Positions 14,801 to 27,115 of a stretch of DNA of 64,000 nucleotides are shown one piece after another. The stretch comes from Vairimorpha necatrix (taxonomy: Eukaryota): contig CP142736.1 in assembly GCA_036630325.1 (NCBI GenBank), positions 1-64,000 on the forward strand, in the 5' to 3' direction. The stretch's first letter is position 1; each line of letters opens with the position of its first letter. Position numbers and translations under genes: made by a program. The notes beneath the pieces are model-generated. The model was not told the origin of the DNA, ran no database searches, and saw only the letters and a list, made by a program, of their open reading frames with translations.

Positions 14801-17800
14801 GTTTGTTATTTTGTTTTAAACAAAATATTTTTTTATCCAATCTATATATATTGCTGATGCAAGTTTTCTATTCAAATTTATTAACTTAAAAATTTCTACA
14901 TACATAGTTTTATGTCTAAAATGCAAGTAGTTTTTGATTTTTAAAGAGTGTGTTAGATTTGCATCATTTTAATGCTTGTATTATCTTTTTATTGTGGGTA
15001 CGTTTCTTGTCATTTTCAAATAATAATTGAAAATTATAAAAACTTAAAATTATTATATTTCAACATAATGTATTTTTAACTAGAATTTATCTTATTTTTT
15101 CTTTTGCACAGATACATTGAATCATGCGGCTTAACATAATATTCTAAACTTATAACAAGTTGATATTATTAATTCGACACGAATTGTACGTATTAAGCGT
15201 ATTTCATCTAGGTTTTCTAAGGTAATTTTCATATTTATTTCTTGTCTAGATTTTATCTACAATTGATATTTATTAAGAGAATACATCTCTATTAAAGAAT
15301 CAGTAGTACTATAATAACACAAAATTCTTAAATTTACCAAACATAAAACTTTTGTTTTGTTATACGATAGAAGATTAGGTTCTGATTTACGGAACAAACA
15401 AATAACTATGACAGTATTACTATTTTAAAAATGATATATTTGATTCTTGTTTTTTTTTACGAGGAATGTAAGCTATTGATTCTCTTAAAATAAATATTGG
15501 ACTGTTTTTTAAAGAAATTTATTCTTTTATTTTTTAAATATTAATTTCTCGCATATATATATTTTCGCCCTTAATATTATAAATGGCTTGAACATATTAT
15601 CCAATTGTTTTTGTAAGAAACGATATTTCGATAATCTTTCATCTAGGGATTTGTTTTTCTGCCAAAAAAAATTAGTGTACGGAATTTGCTTTTAGAAATA
15701 AGGGCGAAACGAGTTAATTGGCTTTTTCTGCATAATTTATTTGTGTCAAAATATTTTTAAATTAACTTATAATGTGAATATAATGCCCTTTTACTTTTTT
15801 TTTATGGAACAGAATTAAAATATGTGCATTTATTTTAAATTTTTAATTTACAACCAAATCAATCCCAGGAAGGTTAAGTCAAAATTTATGTCTGCAATTA
15901 TTAAATCCATGGTATAATATCTAATGTGAACGAATAAATTTGATTTAGTGTACAGTTTTATAACTATTTTTAGATCTGTAATCTTTTTATTTGTTTTTTT
16001 TCTATTATATATAACGTCCTCTTTTCTATTTGAATTTAGTATGATTTAGATAGTCTAATTATTTGCAAACAGAAAGTATATCTATTAGGGGGTGTAATTC
16101 AAAAATATATCTATTCAATTGTTTTTTAGGAAGGTTATATTTAAATGATCATACACCCCATTTTATGTAAAATACTTTTATATCTGAAATATTCAAAAAA
16201 TATAGTATCCCAAAATGAAGTTTTTTAATTGTCAAGATTATATAATTTTACAATAAAATGTTAACGTAATGAAGTCTAAACATATCAAATATTAAATTGC
16301 GGAATTCTATTACTCTATTGTATGGATGTTGTACAAAAATGGTTTTATTGTTAATTAAAATCACAAATAATTATAATCTCGTTATTTCCACTGTATTTTT
16401 CCTTTTTTTTCAACTTTTGTTCATTTACTATCTTATATAACTGATTATTTCTCTTCTATTTTTGGTTTTGTAAGTCAAAATTACTATATCAGTCCTATAG
16501 AATATTAATAATAGTATATTCACACTGACTAACTTTTCTTAGAGGATAAATAACGTGAATTTTATTTTTTTACTTGTCTCTAATTTTGTTTTTGGGTTTT
16601 ACTATTATCTTGCCAAAGAGAACAATGATTTGATTGTTTACAATACTTAATTTTCATCGATTAAGTTCTTTAATATAAATTGTTTATTCTTTTTACATAT
16701 GAAATATATTTTTCTTTATTAATTAATCGATATTATCATAACTCAGAAACTCAAAATTATCTTATGTTATATCATTAAAAACGTTATTGTTCAATATGTT
16801 AAGTCTGTACAAATAAAATATATGATGTAATTGATTCGGGGTATTTTAGTTTTTTTATACATAGATACATCAGATTGTTGCAATAAAAATGAACTTATTA
16901 ATATGATTTTTTTTTCTTAGTATATTATGGATATTTATATTAAGCACTTGGCATCTTAATCATATCTACACATATCTTAGTAAAAATTTATAAATTTTGT
17001 TGGCATTTTGAATTTCTAGTATCAAATAATTTTTATTTTATATACGAACTTCGAGGTTGATTTACGTCCTAAAAAAGAAATGTTTTGTTGTTTTCTTTTA
17101 GATTGTTCAATTTTGCTGCGCTTTTCGATCCTTAATGTTTAATCTTTCCTAGTCTTTCCCTAAAAGTGTCTTGTTTAAGTTAAATTTATAGACTAGTTGG
17201 AGATATTTAAAACACAAGAAACATTTGTTATATAATTCTTAAAATGTCTTTATTACATATATTTAATGCTCATTTTACCATTTAAAGCCAATCATTTCTT
17301 CAGTCTATCGATGTACAATCAATAATAGCTATTACTTTGGAAAGAACGTCTCGGTATGGAAATGACTCGTCACACATAGATTATTTAATTATGTAGTATT
17401 AATAAAAATCTTTTCAAAATAAAATTTTTTTTAATCATCTAGTTCGGTTGTTTAGATAAATATTTATATAACAATGTATTTAACAGTGTTTGTCGATTAA
17501 ACTATTTTTTTATGTTTCTCTATTATATATACTAACTTTACTTTGTTTGCAAGCGATAGATATAATTATAATTTCCCAATCGTAAAGGATATTAAGTCAT
17601 TTTATAAAGTTTTGTGCTTACAATACTGTTTATTCTGAATTTTAATGATGGATTATTTTCGTCTTGTTGATATTATTATCTCTTCTAAAATATATATACA
17701 TATACAAATGCATCTCTTCTTAATAATTAGTTGGTCGTTTAAAATGTCAAGAATAATTACTTTTAATCATTTATGATATAAGAGTTTGTTTGGAATATAT

Positions 17801-17802
17801 TA

Positions 17803-20800
17803 TGTTATATATTTTGATAATTTTTACCCCCATTATGATAAATAAATACATGGGGGCGATACCAAATCGAGAGTCAACAAGTGATGGCTGTGGTCAAGAG
17901 GCCAGAATAATGTTACAAGAAATTAAAAGAATAGTTTATAAGCTAGAGTTGGATGGAGTAGATGAGTCTCTATGGAAGGCAAGAATTTATGAAATGGGTT
18001 CGGAAGAAGTAAAGAACTTTATGGTAGAAAGAATTAAAAAAGAAGATAGTTGGTCCTTAATTATTGAAGAAATGGAAAATGAGGTTAGAAAGGACGAATT
18101 AAAAAAGAAGGAAGAAGAAGACAAAAGTAAGATGATGGAAATAATTGCAGAGTCGGTTAGAGGAACAGTTCGAGAGGAGCTGGCAAATAGAGGAGCATTA
18201 GGAAAAATAAGGGAAGAAACTACGAGAGTAAGAAGTAGAGATTGTTTTTACTGTGGTAGATTTGGGCACATGGCAAGAGATTGCTTCGTAAGGAAGAGGA
18301 AAGAAGAAGATAATAAAAATAAACATTTTAACAAGTATTTAAGGGTTCATGAAGAGAGTGGATCTACAACCACAGAACTTAGCGCACAAGAATATAGGAA
18401 ATGCGGAGAAGCAAAACGTAAACAAAATTCAAAAAGGAGAGGAATGAGAGAGGATAGAATAGAAGAGGGCCTTGTCATTGAAGATATAAAAGCGAAGTTT
18501 AGAGAAATTTTTGACTTGCAGCAGGAAGAGATCGTACACTGTAAGATAGAGAAATGTAAAATTGAGACGCCACCAGGGAAAAAAGTAGTTAAAAGAGGAC
18601 AAACTATCCCACAGGCGTTGATGGAAAATACTGAAAAATATATAAAAAGTTTGGAAGAAAGAAAAATTATAAGAAGATCAACATCCGAGTGGAGGAACCC
18701 AATTAGAGCTATAGTAAAACCTAACGGAGGAGTAAGGCTTGTAAGTAATCTAATGAGTTTAAATGACTTAGTTGAAAAAGATCCGTATGAGTTGTCAAAT
18801 ATTAGGGACATCGTTAGAGCCACACAGGGGTCTAAATGGTTTACCGTTATAGATCTGAAGGAAGGCTTTTACCACGTAGAGATTGAAGAAGAGGATAAGC
18901 ACAAAACGGCCTTTGAATTTAACAGAAAGGTATATGAATGGAACAGTATGGTAATGGGATATAAAAATTCCCCGCAGATATTACAACGAATAATGAACCA
19001 AATATTTGAAGATTTACAAGGAGAAGGAGTGGAGGTATATATGGACGACATCGTTATACACGCTAGAACTAAAAGAAGGCATGACAAGCTAGTTATAGAA
19101 GCATTGGAAAGATTAAAAAGACATAAAATGAGATTGAATATTGAGAAGATACAGTTTAGCCAACAGTTAGTTAAGCTCTTAGGAGTCACATTGAATGGTA
19201 CAGATATTGAAGCGAATGAAATAAAGAAGAACGAGGCGTTAGAATTCCCGCAGCCGACAAGTGTAAGTGAAACACGAAGATTCCTAGGAATGACAGGATG
19301 GTTTAGGAACTTTATAAAGAATTACGCGGGATTAACTATTCATCTGACAGATAGCTTGAGAGGTAAAGATAAGAAGTGGGAATGGACGGTTGAAATGAAT
19401 AGAGAGTTTTTAGAGCTGAAAGAAGTTTTGAGAGCGATGGGGAAACTTAGATTGCCTGATTATAGGAAGGAATTTATATTGAGAACGGACGCGAGCAATG
19501 TAGGGATAGGAGCCGTGTTACTTCAGAAGAACGATAAAGATGAATGGGTAGCAATCCAATGGAGTTCAAAAAAGTTAACACCTACAGAGACCAGATATAC
19601 TATATCGGAGAAAGAAATGTACGCGGTATTTTGGGGGATAAAAAGATTTGAATACGAGTTGCGCGGTAGGAAGTTTAAAATTGAGACGGACCATAAAGCC
19701 TTGGTTGAGATTAGAAATAAACCGTGTTTTAATAACAATAGAATAAATAGATGGATTGAAAAGATCCAGGAATTTGACTTCACCATAGAATATAAGAAAC
19801 CAGAAGAAATGGTGGTGGCTGACGCGTTAAGCAGGATACATATTGAAGACGATGAAAGGAAAAAGAAAATCAGAGAAAGGACCGCCAAGCAGATAGAGGG
19901 CAAATGGAAAGCGCACGTCGATGACGCAGAAGGGAAAAAATATTGGAGATTTGATTCAGGACGGAAAGTCGAGATACCACCAGAAGAGTCAAGGGAAAGT
20001 TTGATGCAGGAATACCACGAAAAAGTTGGACATAGATGTATGACAAGTGTATATTACGCGATGCGGGAAAGATTTTATTGGCCCGGAATAAAGAAAGACA
20101 TAAATGAGACAATTCGAAAGTGTGTACAATGTCAAATATAAAATAGAAAAAGACTCGGTGGATGTGAGTTTGTAGATACTACACGTTATTTAGAAAAGGT
20201 TGCTTTGGATCTCATTGATTTTAGAGACGCAGGTAAATACGTATTGGTTGCGATAGATTATTACACTCGAAGAGTATGGGGCACGGTAATGGAGAACAAG
20301 ACTGGAAAGAATGTGACAGAATTTTTAAGTAAGTTGTGTGAACAAGGAAAAAAGCCCGAAGAGATTATAACGGATAATGGGCGAGAATTTATCAATGAGG
20401 GGTTTAGAGAGTTGTGTAACAGACTAGAAATTAAACATAGGAAAGTAAGTGTCGAATCACACAGGAGTAATGGCAGAGTCGAGAGGGTTATAGGTACGCT
20501 GCGAGAGAGCATTCTGAAGACTAAAGAAGGTACATTTGCAGAGAAGGTCATGGGAAGCATTGAAAAATATAATATGAGTTACCACACGGCACTAAAATGT
20601 ACACAATAGAAGCGACAGAGGATAAAACTGGACATGTAATGATTGAAAATAGCCCACAAGGGAAATATGGAAAACTGTTTAACAGGGGGAAAAGGGAAAA
20701 ATTTAAAGTAGGTGAGTACGTGAGAGTAGCTAAGAAGGAAAACTTAAAAGGTGCGGCTAAATATTCGAAAGGTAGGTTTTTAGAGAGTGGGGAAATTATA

Positions 20801-20976
20801 GAGAGATGTGGCAATGATTCTTATATAGTTAAGTTAGTAAATGGAAGATATGTAAAGAAAAGGCATTATGATCTAAAAAGTCTGCTTGGGTTAAGGATAA
20901 AGTGAGACTAACCGTCTTGGAGGGGGAATGTTATATATTTTGATAATTTTTACCCCCATTATGATAAATAAATACA
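17803..20976 (+). mobile_element. Ty3/Gypsy micro-LTR retrotransposon (element B, protease-less clade)
   Basis: Identical 48-bp TG..CA LTRs at 17803-17850 and 20929-20976. TSD TATTA on both sides. PBS-like TGGGGGC directly after the 5' LTR and PPT GGAGGGGGAA before the 3' LTR. Confidence 0.97.
17850..20905 (+). pseudogene. Gag(CCHC)-RT-RNaseH-integrase polyprotein of element B, disrupted by one stop and one frameshift
   Basis: CFYCGRFGHMARDC knuckle; RT IDLKEGF and YMDD; RNase H TDAS, EKE, TDH, ADALSR; integrase HHCC and DLID, TDNG, VER. In-frame TAA at 20139-20141 and a frameshift near 20603. No D[TS]G protease motif. Confidence 0.92.
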
Positions 20977-22141
20977 TATTATTTTAAAGTGAGTATTTTC
21001 CTTGTTAATTATCATGATTTGCTTCTCTTTCTTTTTACATTTGTATATATACTTGTCATCTCTGAAAAATCTAAAATTTGAATCTCTAAAATTAGAAATT
21101 ATTGCATTTTATACTAATTATTTTTTCATAATTTTCTTTTCTGTCTTATTGTATATATATATATATGTAAATAGAATTTTCCTCATTTTAAAAATGAAAA
21201 TTTCAAAACCCATAAATTAGAAATTATTGCAATTTAGACAAATAAATTTTCATGATTTTTATCAACTTCTTTTTTTTTATAAATGTGTATATATTCTTTT
21301 CATCAATGAAAAAATAAAATCAAAATTATGTCATTTTAGATAATTTCTTTTTCATGATTATCCTTATTCTTGGTGTTTGAATATATATACTTGTCATCCT
21401 TAAAATATTAGCAATTTGGAAGTTCAAAAAAAAAATTATGACTTTTAGCCTTTATATACTATAAAATTTCATATTTTTTGCGAGTAGAAGGGAAGATATA
21501 ATCTTATACATGAACTCAAAAGAAATTGAGTTAACAATCCAATTGATATGGGGTATTTCTACTCACTTAACTATTACCGAATACTTGCGCTTCACTATCT
21601 CAGACGTAACTATTTAGATTTGATGAGAATATTTTTATATACAAGCCTCTAATCGCATCATTAAATCAATAAATATATTAAAATGAAGATTTTAAAATCT
21701 CTGTATAGATTTATCAGATTAATATAATGTCTATATAAAAATAAATCATCTAGATCCCAGATGGCTCTTTCTCTTACACAGAACACTAAAAGCAAACTTA
21801 TTAAACTTTTTTGAACTAATGAAATAATTGAACAGATCTCCATTTTATACTATATCTTGTTTGAAAGAAAACAAACTTCAAAAATTTTCACATCAAGAGT
21901 GGCATAATTGGCTTTTAGATCCCTATTAAATATACAGCTATGGTATTTTGAAACACAGAAGGACAAATTATATGTAAAAAAATTTGAATGTGAATATATT
22001 TCAGAAATTACTAATCAATTCATTTCAAGAATTACTTTCAATATATTTGTTTAGTCTATCAATTTTGAAATATTATATTTAGTGACGTCTGTATGTCCGC
22101 GAGTAGATATCTTTATACTTAGAATATAATTTAAATTTTAT

Positions 22142-22210
22142 TGCCACCGGGAATCGAACTTTGGACCTTCGATATCCCAAATCAATGTGCAACCATTCTG
22201 CCAAGCACGA
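22142..22210 (-). pseudogene. tRNA-like relic (pseudo-tRNA or SINE head)
   Basis: Minus strand has an A-box-like TGGCAGAATGG, an anticodon-like stem TTGAT/ATCGA with loop TTGGGAT, and a B-box-like GTTCGATTCC. Acceptor and T stems pair poorly. Confidence 0.45.
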
Positions 22211-23757
22211 TTATTGTAATTTTTGTTATCCTTTAAGAAAACCAATTATATTTTCAACTTCCTTTAATTTTTGTTTTCTTTCTATACATAAAGAAAAATT
22301 TCAAATTAGTCAGATTGAAAGATCATTAAACGACTTAACCAAATAATAAACAATTTACAATATTAGTTCTATGCTTTCTTTTGGGAAATTAAATTATATA
22401 AGATTATCTTGATCCAAATATACCTTTCTAATATATATATACTTGTTATACTAAAAAATAATAAACATTTTACACGGCAAAAACAAGTATATGTCCTAAT
22501 TATATACAAAATACTTTCATATGTGACCGCACATTTTAAGATTTAGTGGCATCGTATTTCAATCTCTCCATTATATCTGGTAATTTTGTTATTCTTATTT
22601 TCCATACCCTCTAAAGTAAATTTTTTTAAATAATTTTTTCAACAAGTTAAAACTGTCATTTGTAAGAATATGATTGGTAAGTGTTTTTTCTTTTCTACAA
22701 CTTTATATGAACTACATTCTTTTAAGAATTTTAACTAAAAAATAATAAAAACATATTTATGTGATTTAACTAATATTCTTTATTGAGATTTTGTTTTTTC
22801 TTAGATACTGTGATGTACATTTTTACTACACATGAACAGAAGTCAAAAATATGTCAACCGTTTCGGATGGCATGTCAAGTTGGGTCACACAATAAAACGA
22901 AAGTTGCATGGTCGTTACTACATTCGTAAGTACGCCATTGTTTTTTTAGTGTTGACAACATATATAAGATTTATTGAGTTAATTTATCATGTAAGTTAGA
23001 TCAGCAAAGTTTCCCCCGGTATCGCTCACTAGATTCGGCTCTTCATAGACTTTGGGTTTCGTGGAATTATTTATGTTTTCCAAATTCACTTTTTCAGCTT
23101 CATTCCCATTTGCCGACATTGCTTGTTCAACATTCTTCATATTTGCAATTGCGCTTGAAGCTCTAGTTACTTCTTCTCCTGCATAATCTTTATCGTATCT
23201 TGTTCGTCGTTCCAAAGACATGGACTCTAAAGTTTTCTTCATCACATTAGACGGGATGTATGCTTCCAGAAATGTTTAGATTTCTGCAGAATGCAAATAA
23301 GATTTTAAAATATTAATATAAATGTACACAATAATAATATAGTTTAGAAATAATGAATTCTTAAACTTTTAAAATTTTACAAATGTAACTATTATTTTGG
23401 AAAAAATATTTTATTTTGACATTACGATTGATTTTTAGTAAAAAATTAATTAAATTTTTAATTTCTTCAAAAATGTCAGAGAATTTAAAAAATTTAAAGG
23501 CCGTATTAAATTTCAAAAAATATTATCTGGTCATCTTTTTAATAAAAGTTGTTACTCTGTAATCAAAGAAAAATTAGTAATAAATTTCAAATAAAGATCA
23601 TTGAATAAAGAGTAAATAACATATTTGTTTAGTTTTTAATTGTATATTTTTAATTAATTTATTACAAAAATTTGTTTTATTTTTGCTATTAAATCTTTTG
23701 AATTCAAAATCTACGCTCTTTTCTATATTTTGTTTATTTTATATTTCCCTCCTAAAA

Positions 23758-26359
23758 TCATATATATAAAAGAATTTTATTTAATTTTTTACCCCTCTTT
23801 TTTGTGGTTTTGAAATTTTTAAACTATATATATTAGGCTTTCTATGTTATTTAAATGTCAAATATAGATTTATGGCGTTTATTTTACTATTCTAAGTGTG
23901 TATGTTATTAGTTAATACTTTTTAATTTTAATTATTATTTTTGTTAAACTCGGTTCCAAAATATCGTCAGAATCGTTTTTTAGAATTTATTTGACCCTTC
24001 CACGAAAAATTATAAAAAGATTTAACCAATAATGATTTTGAATAAAAGTGTTAAAAATTGAGCTTTAGGAGTTTTCAAAATTATTTCAATGAGACTCATA
24101 AGTGTTTTTAACTCAACTTTACTCCTTATATGTTACTAAAAAGTATTTTTGAAAATCATGTCTAAACTCTGTCAAATATAATCATCTAAAATGGAAACTA
24201 AACAAAATTAAAAGAAAAATACATATTAAAAAAACTAAACATTAAGATCCCGTTTTCAAAACGGGAAAGCATACGCTAGTCATATATATAAAAGAATTTT
24301 ATTTAATTTTTTACCCCTCTTTTTTGTGATTTTGAAATTTCTAAACGATACATTTTGAGCCTTTTACGTTAATATAATATCATATGTAGATTTAATGTTT
24401 TAATTTGATAATTGTAAGTGCGTATACTTTATATTAATGGATTTTTATTTTTATTATTATTTTTGTTAAACTCAGTTCCAAAATATCGTCAGAATCGTTT
24501 TTTAGAATTTATTTAACCCTTCTAGAAAAAATTCACAAAAACATGTACCAAAAAAAAAAACAGCATAAAAGTGTTAAAATTGAGTTTAGAAGTTCCCGAA
24601 ATTATTTCAATATGACTCAAAAGTGTTTTTAACTCAACTTTACTCCTAATATGTTACTAAAAAGTATTTTTGAAAAAGATGATTTCATCCTATCAAATTC
24701 AATCATCCCAAAATGTAAACTCAAAAAAATTCAAGGATCAAAGACATATTAAAAAACTAAACATTTCGATCCCGTTTTCAAAACGGGAAAGCGTACGCTA
24801 GTCATATATAAAAAGAATTTAATTTAATTTTTTACCCCTCTTTTTTGTGGTTTTAAAAATTTTAAACTTCTAATTATAGCTTATTGTGTTATTAAAATTG
24901 TGTTTTCGAATTTAATGCTTTCGTTTGATTATCGTAAGTGCGTATACTATATATTAATGCATTTTTATTTTAATTCTTTGTTTTGTAAAACTCAGTTCCA
25001 AAATATCGTCAGAATCGTTTTTTAGAATTTATTTAACCCTTCTAGAAAAAATTCACAAAAATAATAACCAAAAAAAAATAGAATAAAAGTGTCAAAAATT
25101 GAGCTTATAAGTTTCCCAAAATTATCTCATTATATTTATTAATTATTTTTAGCTCAACTTTACTCCTTATATGTTAAAAAAAAGTATTTTTTAAAATCAT
25201 GTCTTTACCCTGTCAAATTCAATCAGCCCCAAATGGAAACTTTAAAAAATACCGAGACGGGACATATTATAAAACAAACACATTTATCCCGTTTTCAAAA
25301 CGGGAAAGCATACGCTAGTCATATATATAAAAGAATTTTATTTAATTTTTTACCCCTCTTTTTTTGTGGTTTTAAAAATTCTAAACTTCTTATTTTCTCC
25401 TTATTGTGTCATTGGAATATCAAAATTAAACTCAGTGCTTAAATTTGATAATTGTAAGTGCGTATACTATATATTAATGCATTTTGATTTTAATTTTTTG
25501 TTTTGTAAAACTCAGTTCCAAAATATCGTCAGAATCGTTTTTTAGAATTTATTTGACCCTTCCACGAAAATTTGTAAAAACATTTAACCAATAATGATTT
25601 TGATGATAAGTGTCAAAAACTAAGCTTAAGAAGTTCCCAAAATTATCTTATTGAGATTATTAAATGTTTTAAAACAACACTACTCCTCATATGTTACTAA
25701 AAAGTATTTTTGAAAAATCATGTCTAAACTCTGTCAAATTCAATTATCCAAAATGGAAACTTTACAAAATTTAAGGATGAAAGACATATTAAAAAACTAA
25801 ACATTTAGATCCCGTTTTCAAAACGGGAAAGCATACGCTAGTCATATATATAAAAGAATTTTATTTAATTTTTTACCCCTCTTTTTTTGTCAATTTGAAA
25901 TTTCCACGCTATATATTTTAGGCTTTCTATATTTATTAAATATCAAATATAGATTTATTGCTTTAATTTGACTATTCTAAGTGTGTATGTTAATAGTTAT
26001 TACTTTTTTATTTTGATTATTATTCTTGTAAAACTCAGTTCCAAAATTTCGTCAGAATCGTTTTTTAGAATTTATTTAACCCTTCCGCGAAAAATTGTAA
26101 AAACATTTAACCAATGATGATTTTAAAGATAAAGGTCAAAAGCTGAGCTTTAAGAGTTTTAAACATATCTTATCAAGATTCATAAGTGTTTTCAACTTCA
26201 TTTTACTGTTCAAATGTTCATAAAAAGTGGTTTTAAAACATAACATCTCCTTTTCAAATTCCATCTTCCTAAAGTGGAAATTGAAAAAAGATAAAGGAGG
26301 TACATATTATAAAACAAAACATTCAAATCCCGTTTTCAAAACGGGAAAGCATACGCTAG
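23758..26359 (+). mobile_element. Head-to-tail array of five ~520-bp non-autonomous Helitrons
   Basis: Units 23758-24279, 24280-24801, 24802-25318, 25319-25841 and 25842-26359. Each starts TCATATATA and ends with hairpin CCCGTTTTCAAAACGGG, a short spacer and CTAG. The array sits between A (23757) and T (26360) with no TSD. Confidence 0.9.
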
Positions 26360-27115
26360 TAGTACATAATAAATTTCCAACGGGATGCAATCGATTCAGG
26401 ACATCGTAAAGATGCAATAATACAAGCATAAAAAACCGCTATAATTTTGTGTTGTAAGTAAAGCTAAGCTGTTATGAGAAAACATGGGGTTTTTTATTTA
26501 CGGACTTTAATGTCCAAATGTCACATGTCAAATATCTTGTGTCGAATGTCATTTTTTAAATAATTGGATGACATTTGATATGTTATACTTTCAACATTTG
26601 CATTCAAAAGATCTAAAAAGATGTTCTATCTGTCTATTCGACTTATGGATAAAGAATCATAATTATTTATTCGTATTTCTGTAGAAACCCCTGTCAAATA
26701 TCATCCTCATATCTATTAAATGATATTTGACACGGATTATAAATTAAGTAAAACACTAAAATCATGTCTTTAACCTCCGCTTTGAGAACACGTACAAAAA
26801 ATTTTGATAATAATTTTTACACTGATTCTTTAATCAAATGAAAATTTTTTCAACTTTTACTTCAAGTCTAGAATAGTTATTGGCTAAAGTGCACTTTGGC
26901 CGAGAAATTTCTATATTGTTCTTTTACAATTTTCTGCAAAAAAATTTGAAAAATTATTGACAGCCATTAAGATTTGTACAACCCAAATGAGATTTTTGAA
27001 ATGTTAAGTAAAAAACTTCGATAATTTATTTTCAGTTAATTCTAACATTTCTTTCAAATTAGAATTTTTTTAAATTTTTAAAACAATATAAATACTAATT
27101 TTATTTTTGCCCCTA

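Noticed and set aside
5820..17790. Short ORFs (60-91 aa) in the AT-rich desert
   Set aside because: Low-complexity I/F/L/K/N composition, no recognisable domains, and expected by chance at this AT content.
17790..17834. ORF-track start of the element B polyprotein at 17790
   Set aside because: It is a TTG outside the LTR and TSD; plausible starts are ATG 17835 or 17850.
18347..20814. Antisense ORFs over element B, and similar ones over C, D and the hAT
   Set aside because: These are shadow frames of purine-rich coding strands with no motifs of their own.
23758..26359. Tandem repeat as a CRISPR array, plain satellite or coding repeat (ORFs 25233 and 26227)
   Set aside because: Units are about 520 bp and homologous along their length with Helitron termini. 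There are no unique spacers, and the small ORFs are not conserved between units.
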